NCBI GenBank assembly: GCA_038218385.1
Contig: JBBRKB010000001.1
Span: forward strand, 1 to 31,071
Origin: Cytophagales bacterium
GTDB taxonomy: Bacteria > Bacteroidota > Bacteroidia > Cytophagales > Cyclobacteriaceae
DNA length: 31,071 nt
Reading direction: 5' to 3'
In this document: positions 27,221-31,071 of the stretch, piece after piece
Layout of the letters: each line of letters opens with the position of its first letter
Position numbering within the stretch: position 1 is the stretch's first letter
Notes under the pieces: model-generated
Database searches by the model: none
Seen by the model: only the letters and a program-made list of their open reading frames with translations
Told to the model about the DNA's origin: nothing
Translations under genes and position numbers: made by a program

Positions 27221-27475
27221 CTAGTCATAAATATCCTTACGATGACCAACAATTCGAATATCAATAACTCATATTACATCATCAATACTATAAATTACGC
27301 GATAATCACCAATTCGAATTCTCCAGGTATCCTGGTGTCCTTTTAGTTTCTTGCAGCCAACCGGACGTGGATTCGTGCTTAGACCTTTGATTTCAGGAAG
27401 AACTCGGTTTACAACTTCCTTTGGTAAACCAAACAATTCTTTCGATGCAGTTTTACAGACATCGATCCTATACAT
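27221..27475 (-). pseudogene. RelE/ParE-family toxin interrupted by an in-frame TGA at codon 69
   Basis: MYRIDVCKTASKEL...NPRPVGCKKLKG...WRIRIGDYRVIYSIDDVI*VIDIRIVGHRKDIYD*. The conserved GHRKDIY tail continues in frame after the TGA at 27269-27271 to a TAG at 27221-27223. Confidence 0.85.
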
Positions 27476-27665
27476 CTTCCGACAACTTGCCCCTTTTCTT
27501 GAGTTCAAGAATCACATCCTCCAAAGGAATCTTTTCATCGTCCTTTCGAATCTCCGCAATCAGGCTATCGTAGAAATCTTCCCATAACTCACCATACTTC
27601 TTTAAGTCAATTTGAACAGCAACCTTTTCGTTTTTGTCGTCCGTCACATAATTAATTCCTTCCAT
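27468..27665 (-). CDS. Putative antitoxin of the RelE-type pair
   Basis: Acidic 65-aa protein (MEGINYVTDDKNEKVAVQIDLKKYGELWEDFYD...). Its stop overlaps the toxin ATG (ATGTATAG). The ATG at 27665 is preferred. Confidence 0.78.
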   Translation of the reverse strand: MEGINYVTDDKNEKVAVQIDLKKYGELWEDFYDSLIAEIRKDDEKIPLEDVILELKKRGKLSEDV

Positions 27666-27685
27666 CTGATTTTTTTTGATTGTAT

Positions 27686-27716
27686 GCAAGTTAACATTTT
27701 TGACACTGAATTCAGT
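27686..27716 (-). promoter_or_regulatory. Putative TA promoter/operator: TAACTTGC -7 variant plus 12-bp palindrome ACTGAATTCAGT
   Basis: TAACTTGC lies at 27693-27686 on the minus strand. A perfect palindrome lies at 27705-27716, just upstream of it. Confidence 0.4.
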
Positions 27717-27770
27717 TCACGTAGGGAGCAAAATTAATATGTCAACATAGCAGGAAAGATTTAAACGCAT

Positions 27771-29102
27771 CTAAATCATCCCCCGCGCCTTCAGCTCCAA
27801 ATATTTATTGATTGTTGATACGGTTAAATGTTCCGGACTTGTTAGCAAGGTTTGAATGCCATTTTTATGAAGTTCTTTTACAATCAACTTTTTCTCATTG
27901 CTGAATTTTTCTGCTACTGCCTTGTAATAAATTTCCTTTAAATCAGCAGCAGGTTTTTGGATCAACTTGGTCATCTCGGTATTTTCAAAAAAAATAACCA
28001 CCACCAAATGTTGACGTGATAGACTTTTTAGATACGGCAACTGGCGCTGCATTCCATAGATGGTCTCGAAATTGGTGAACAGCAACAACAGGCTTCGTTG
28101 TGTAATTTTTCGTCTTACATGGCTGTACAACACTGAAAAATCAGATTCACGATAAGCCGTCTTCTGATTGTAAAGCACCTCCATAATCTGCGCCATCTGA
28201 TGGTTTCGCTTACTGGCAGCAAGTGTTGCATTTATTTTCTCCTGAAAAGTAATGAGACCTGCCCTGTCCGATTTTTTTATAGCAATGTTCGAGATAACAA
28301 GACATGCATTAATGGCATAATCGAGTAAACTCATTCCATTAAAGGGCATCTGCATTACTCGTCCTTTATCAATAAGACAGTACATCTGTTGAGATCGCTC
28401 ATCTTGATAATGATTGACCATGATGGAAGAACGTCGCGCAGTTGCTTTCCAATTGATAGTGCGGAAGTCGTCTCCAGGAACATATTCCTTTATTAATTCA
28501 AACTCCAGATTATGACCAATGCGTCTGATTTTTTTTATTCCCGCTTCAGTCAATTTATTCGAGATGGCAAGCAATTCATATTTGCGCATTTGAATGTATG
28601 ACGGATAAACAGGCACCACTACATTTTCAGAAAACCGTACTCTCCTATCAATCAATCCTATAAAGGTGCTCACATATATGTTAAGCGCACCAAATGAATA
28701 CTCCCCTCGCTTTACGGGTCGCAAATTATAGCGAATCATTTTCAACTCTCGTGGCTTTGCCTCCATTTCAAAATGAAAATCCCGCTTCTGAAACTGATGT
28801 GGAATCTCATCGATAACCGTGAGGTGCACGGGCAAGCGATACAAACTTTCTATCGTGATAGAGATTGGGTTGTCATCACCATTCGATAGACGCTCTGCTG
28901 ATGTTCGGTCTGCCACAATAGCGTTACGCAATGAAAAGAGAAAAATAATATCAACCAGCAACAACATTATCAGCACATAAAACAACAACGTCCCAATTGA
29001 AATGAGAAACGGGAAAAAAAATCCAAGCAGAAACAAAGCAATAAGGATTCCTCCTGCCTGAAAAAACCGTGCTCTGAAATATAGTGCTTTGAAAAAATTC
29101 AT
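27771..29102 (-). CDS. DUF58-domain (vWA-like) MoxR partner protein
   Basis: N-terminal TM pair, EFELIKEYVPGDDFRTINWKATAR and IDKGRVM motifs. It abuts the MoxR stop (TAAATG). Confidence 0.92.
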   Translation of the reverse strand: MNFFKALYFRARFFQAGGILIALFLLGFFFPFLISIGTLLFYVLIMLLLVDIIFLFSLRNAIVADRTSAERLSNGDDNPISITIESLYRLPVHLTVIDEIPHQFQKRDFHFEMEAKPRELKMIRYNLRPVKRGEYSFGALNIYVSTFIGLIDRRVRFSENVVVPVYPSYIQMRKYELLAISNKLTEAGIKKIRRIGHNLEFELIKEYVPGDDFRTINWKATARRSSIMVNHYQDERSQQMYCLIDKGRVMQMPFNGMSLLDYAINACLVISNIAIKKSDRAGLITFQEKINATLAASKRNHQMAQIMEVLYNQKTAYRESDFSVLYSHVRRKITQRSLLLLFTNFETIYGMQRQLPYLKSLSRQHLVVVIFFENTEMTKLIQKPAADLKEIYYKAVAEKFSNEKKLIVKELHKNGIQTLLTSPEHLTVSTINKYLELKARGMI

Positions 29103-30080
29103 TTACCGCGGAACCTCAATCTTGTCAATGATTTGCTTGATCACCTCATCAATTTCAATACCTTCCATTTCACGATCAGGAGTCAACATTAAACGATGGC
29201 GCAAAATGGGAACTGCAATGCTTTTGATATCTTCTGGCGTCACAAAATCCCTTCCGCGAATGGCGGCCATCGCTTTGGAAGCTACCAACACGCCAATGGA
29301 AGCGCGTGGCGATGCGCCCAAAAATAAAGATGCATTCCCGCGCGTTTCCTGACTTAATTGTGCGATGTAGTTTAATATTTTATCTTCTACATGTATCCTT
29401 TTTATAAGTTCACGAAAGGCAACTATCTGATCTCCGGTTATCACGGGCTTCACATGACTCAACTGCTCAACCAGATCTTCTGACTGATGTCCTTTCAAAA
29501 TCAAAATTTCCTCCTCAAGTTTTGGATACATTACTTCAATCTTAAAGAGAAAGCGATCGAGTTGCGCTTCTGGCAGCCGATAGGTTCCTTCTTGTTCAAT
29601 GGGATTTTGTGTTGCCAATACAATGTATGGCTCACGCATGGGGTAGGTAGTTCCATCCACGGTTACCTGGCGTTCTTCCATTACCTCAAAAAGTGCAGCT
29701 TGTGTTTTTGCAGGAGCTCGGTTGATCTCATCAATCAACACAATATTGGAGAACACTGGCCCCGAACGAAATTCAAAATTAGTTGTCTTGGGATTGAATA
29801 TGGACGTACCTAACACATCTGACGGCATTAAGTCCGGTGTAAATTGAATGCGCGAAAACTTCGAATCAATAGTTTTAGCAATAAGCTTTGCCGTTAATGT
29901 TTTAGCAACACCGGGCACACCTTCAATTAGCACATGCCCTTTGGCAAAGATGGCTACCAATAGTAAGTCCACCATTTCATCTTGCCCAACAATTACTTTT
30001 TTAATTTCTCCTCGTATGGCTGCGCTATATTCTTGGAGGCTACTTAAGTCCAATCGGTTTTTAAAAATTTCCTGATCCAT
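29103..30080 (-). CDS. MoxR-family AAA+ ATPase
   Basis: GHVLIEGVPGVAKT, RIQFTPDLMPSDVLG, LIDEINRAPAKTQAALFEVMEE and YRLPEAQLDRF. Confidence 0.96.
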   Translation of the reverse strand: MDQEIFKNRLDLSSLQEYSAAIRGEIKKVIVGQDEMVDLLLVAIFAKGHVLIEGVPGVAKTLTAKLIAKTIDSKFSRIQFTPDLMPSDVLGTSIFNPKTTNFEFRSGPVFSNIVLIDEINRAPAKTQAALFEVMEERQVTVDGTTYPMREPYIVLATQNPIEQEGTYRLPEAQLDRFLFKIEVMYPKLEEEILILKGHQSEDLVEQLSHVKPVITGDQIVAFRELIKRIHVEDKILNYIAQLSQETRGNASLFLGASPRASIGVLVASKAMAAIRGRDFVTPEDIKSIAVPILRHRLMLTPDREMEGIEIDEVIKQIIDKIEVPR

Positions 30081-30157
30081 AATATTTTTTCTTTTTTTGA
30101 ATTATAACTATTTTCCAAAACGATTAAGACGCGCTTCCAGATATTTCAATCCATTCG

Positions 30158-31071
30158 TCATTTGTCATTCTGAAATTGTAATTTCCCTTTAAGGTGATTG
30201 AACTGTTCCATTTTTTTATTCAGATCTTGCAACATCTGTGACGAAATTGATTTCGAATGTTGGATAACATTGATCAGCGTCATCAAAGCTTGTGTATCTT
30301 CTTTTGTGTTCCCAGATTTTCGAGCGAGTAATTCAATAAAAGCCTGGTTGTGCTCACCGGGTAAAAAATAATTGACTCGTACATAATCAATGAAGTACGT
30401 TATCTTTTTTTCCGCAATAGATTTATGGTCTCCTGCCTCAATATACATGGTGCCAATCGTCCTCACGAATTGTAATGTTGAGTTGGAAGGAGGTTTTACA
30501 ATGGGGATAATGCGTTGCTTCCTTTTCGATTTAAAAACTATAAATAACAAGAGAGAAAAAATAGTTATATAATAAGCCCACGCCAATGCTTCATCGTTAA
30601 GTATGACACGCAAAGGTGATCCAGATTCCCTTCTGCCTAACTGATAGAACTCCGTCCACCACACAGGTTTTACCGGAAGATAGGACAGCGATTTTTCAAT
30701 GTATTGTTCATTGTGATACAACAAATAATTATTGGTGAATGCGAGTGGGGTAGAGTTAAGAATCAACTGGCCTTGACCCCAGGGTATTCTTAATGTTGTT
30801 GCTTCTTTGTATTCATTTCGCGAAACCACATAAGCACTCGACTTTAGCGAATCGAGGTTTTTAAAATAAGTATAAATGTCTTCCAGTTTAAAAGGATACT
30901 TCTTCTGCACATCATGCGTAAAATAAACGAAAGAAGAGTCTTGCAATTTCTCCGGCTCGAATAGTTTTATTTTGGTAATAACATTTTCCATCTCTATCCC
31001 TAAGGTATCGGCCAATTTGCCTGAAAAATAATTTGCCGACAAAAAAGCATGTGCCCCCTTTGCTACAGCAT
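30158..31071 (-). CDS. DUF4350-domain membrane protein, 5' end outside the window
   Basis: The frame stays open to the window edge (AVAKGAHAFLSANYF...). It has STPLAFTNNYLL, a TM helix, KRKQRIIPIV and FVRTIGTMY, and lies upstream of MoxR and DUF58. Confidence 0.8.
   Translation of the reverse strand, partial: AVAKGAHAFLSANYFSGKLADTLGIEMENVITKIKLFEPEKLQDSSFVYFTHDVQKKYPFKLEDIYTYFKNLDSLKSSAYVVSRNEYKEATTLRIPWGQGQLILNSTPLAFTNNYLLYHNEQYIEKSLSYLPVKPVWWTEFYQLGRRESGSPLRVILNDEALAWAYYITIFSLLLFIVFKSKRKQRIIPIVKPPSNSTLQFVRTIGTMYIEAGDHKSIAEKKITYFIDYVRVNYFLPGEHNQAFIELLARKSGNTKEDTQALMTLINVIQHSKSISSQMLQDLNKKMEQFNHLKGKLQFQNDK

Noticed and set aside
27269-27271. TGA reassigned to Trp/Gly or selenocysteine
   Set aside because: TGA terminates several clear genes in this window, Trp is encoded by TGG throughout, and no SECIS-like hairpin is evident after the codon.
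1-31071. CRISPR array, tRNA/rRNA genes, IS elements, integron cassettes
   Set aside because: I saw no regularly spaced repeats, cloverleaf or rRNA signatures, transposase or integrase ORFs, or attC-like sites by eye. Nearly all the sequence is explained by CDSs.

Overview
Mostly core-genome DNA from a Bacteroidota organism, probably Cytophagales-like. This is inferred from a T9SS C-terminal domain, TAnnTTTG-type promoters, signal peptides with Gln at +1, and Bacteroidota-style SecA and CarB. In order, the window holds: the 3' part of a putative iron-uptake operon (imelysin, HTTM/vitamin K-dependent carboxylase homologue, TonB-dependent receptor); a DUF6922-AbiEii toxin-antitoxin pair; an acyl-CoA dehydrogenase; a holin-like/hypothetical/GGGP-synthase operon; an M20 amidohydrolase, a SPOR lipoprotein, secA, dapF, a DUF4834-like gene and carB; a four-gene 3-ketoglycoside-type operon (GMC oxidoreductase, tandem DUF1080, Tat-exported Gfo/Idh/MocA, DUF6807/PmoA-like) behind a LacI-like palindrome; a large T9SS-secreted zinc metalloprotease-like protein; a RelE-type TA pair whose toxin has an in-frame TGA; and the end of a DUF4350-MoxR-DUF58 operon. 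I saw no tRNA, rRNA, CRISPR array, transposase or integrase. The best candidates for poorly described systems are the carboxylase homologue coupled to a TonB receptor and imelysin, and the ketoglycoside operon that lacks its usual partner genes and carries DUF6807 instead. All family assignments come from motif recognition by eye and were not confirmed by database searches.
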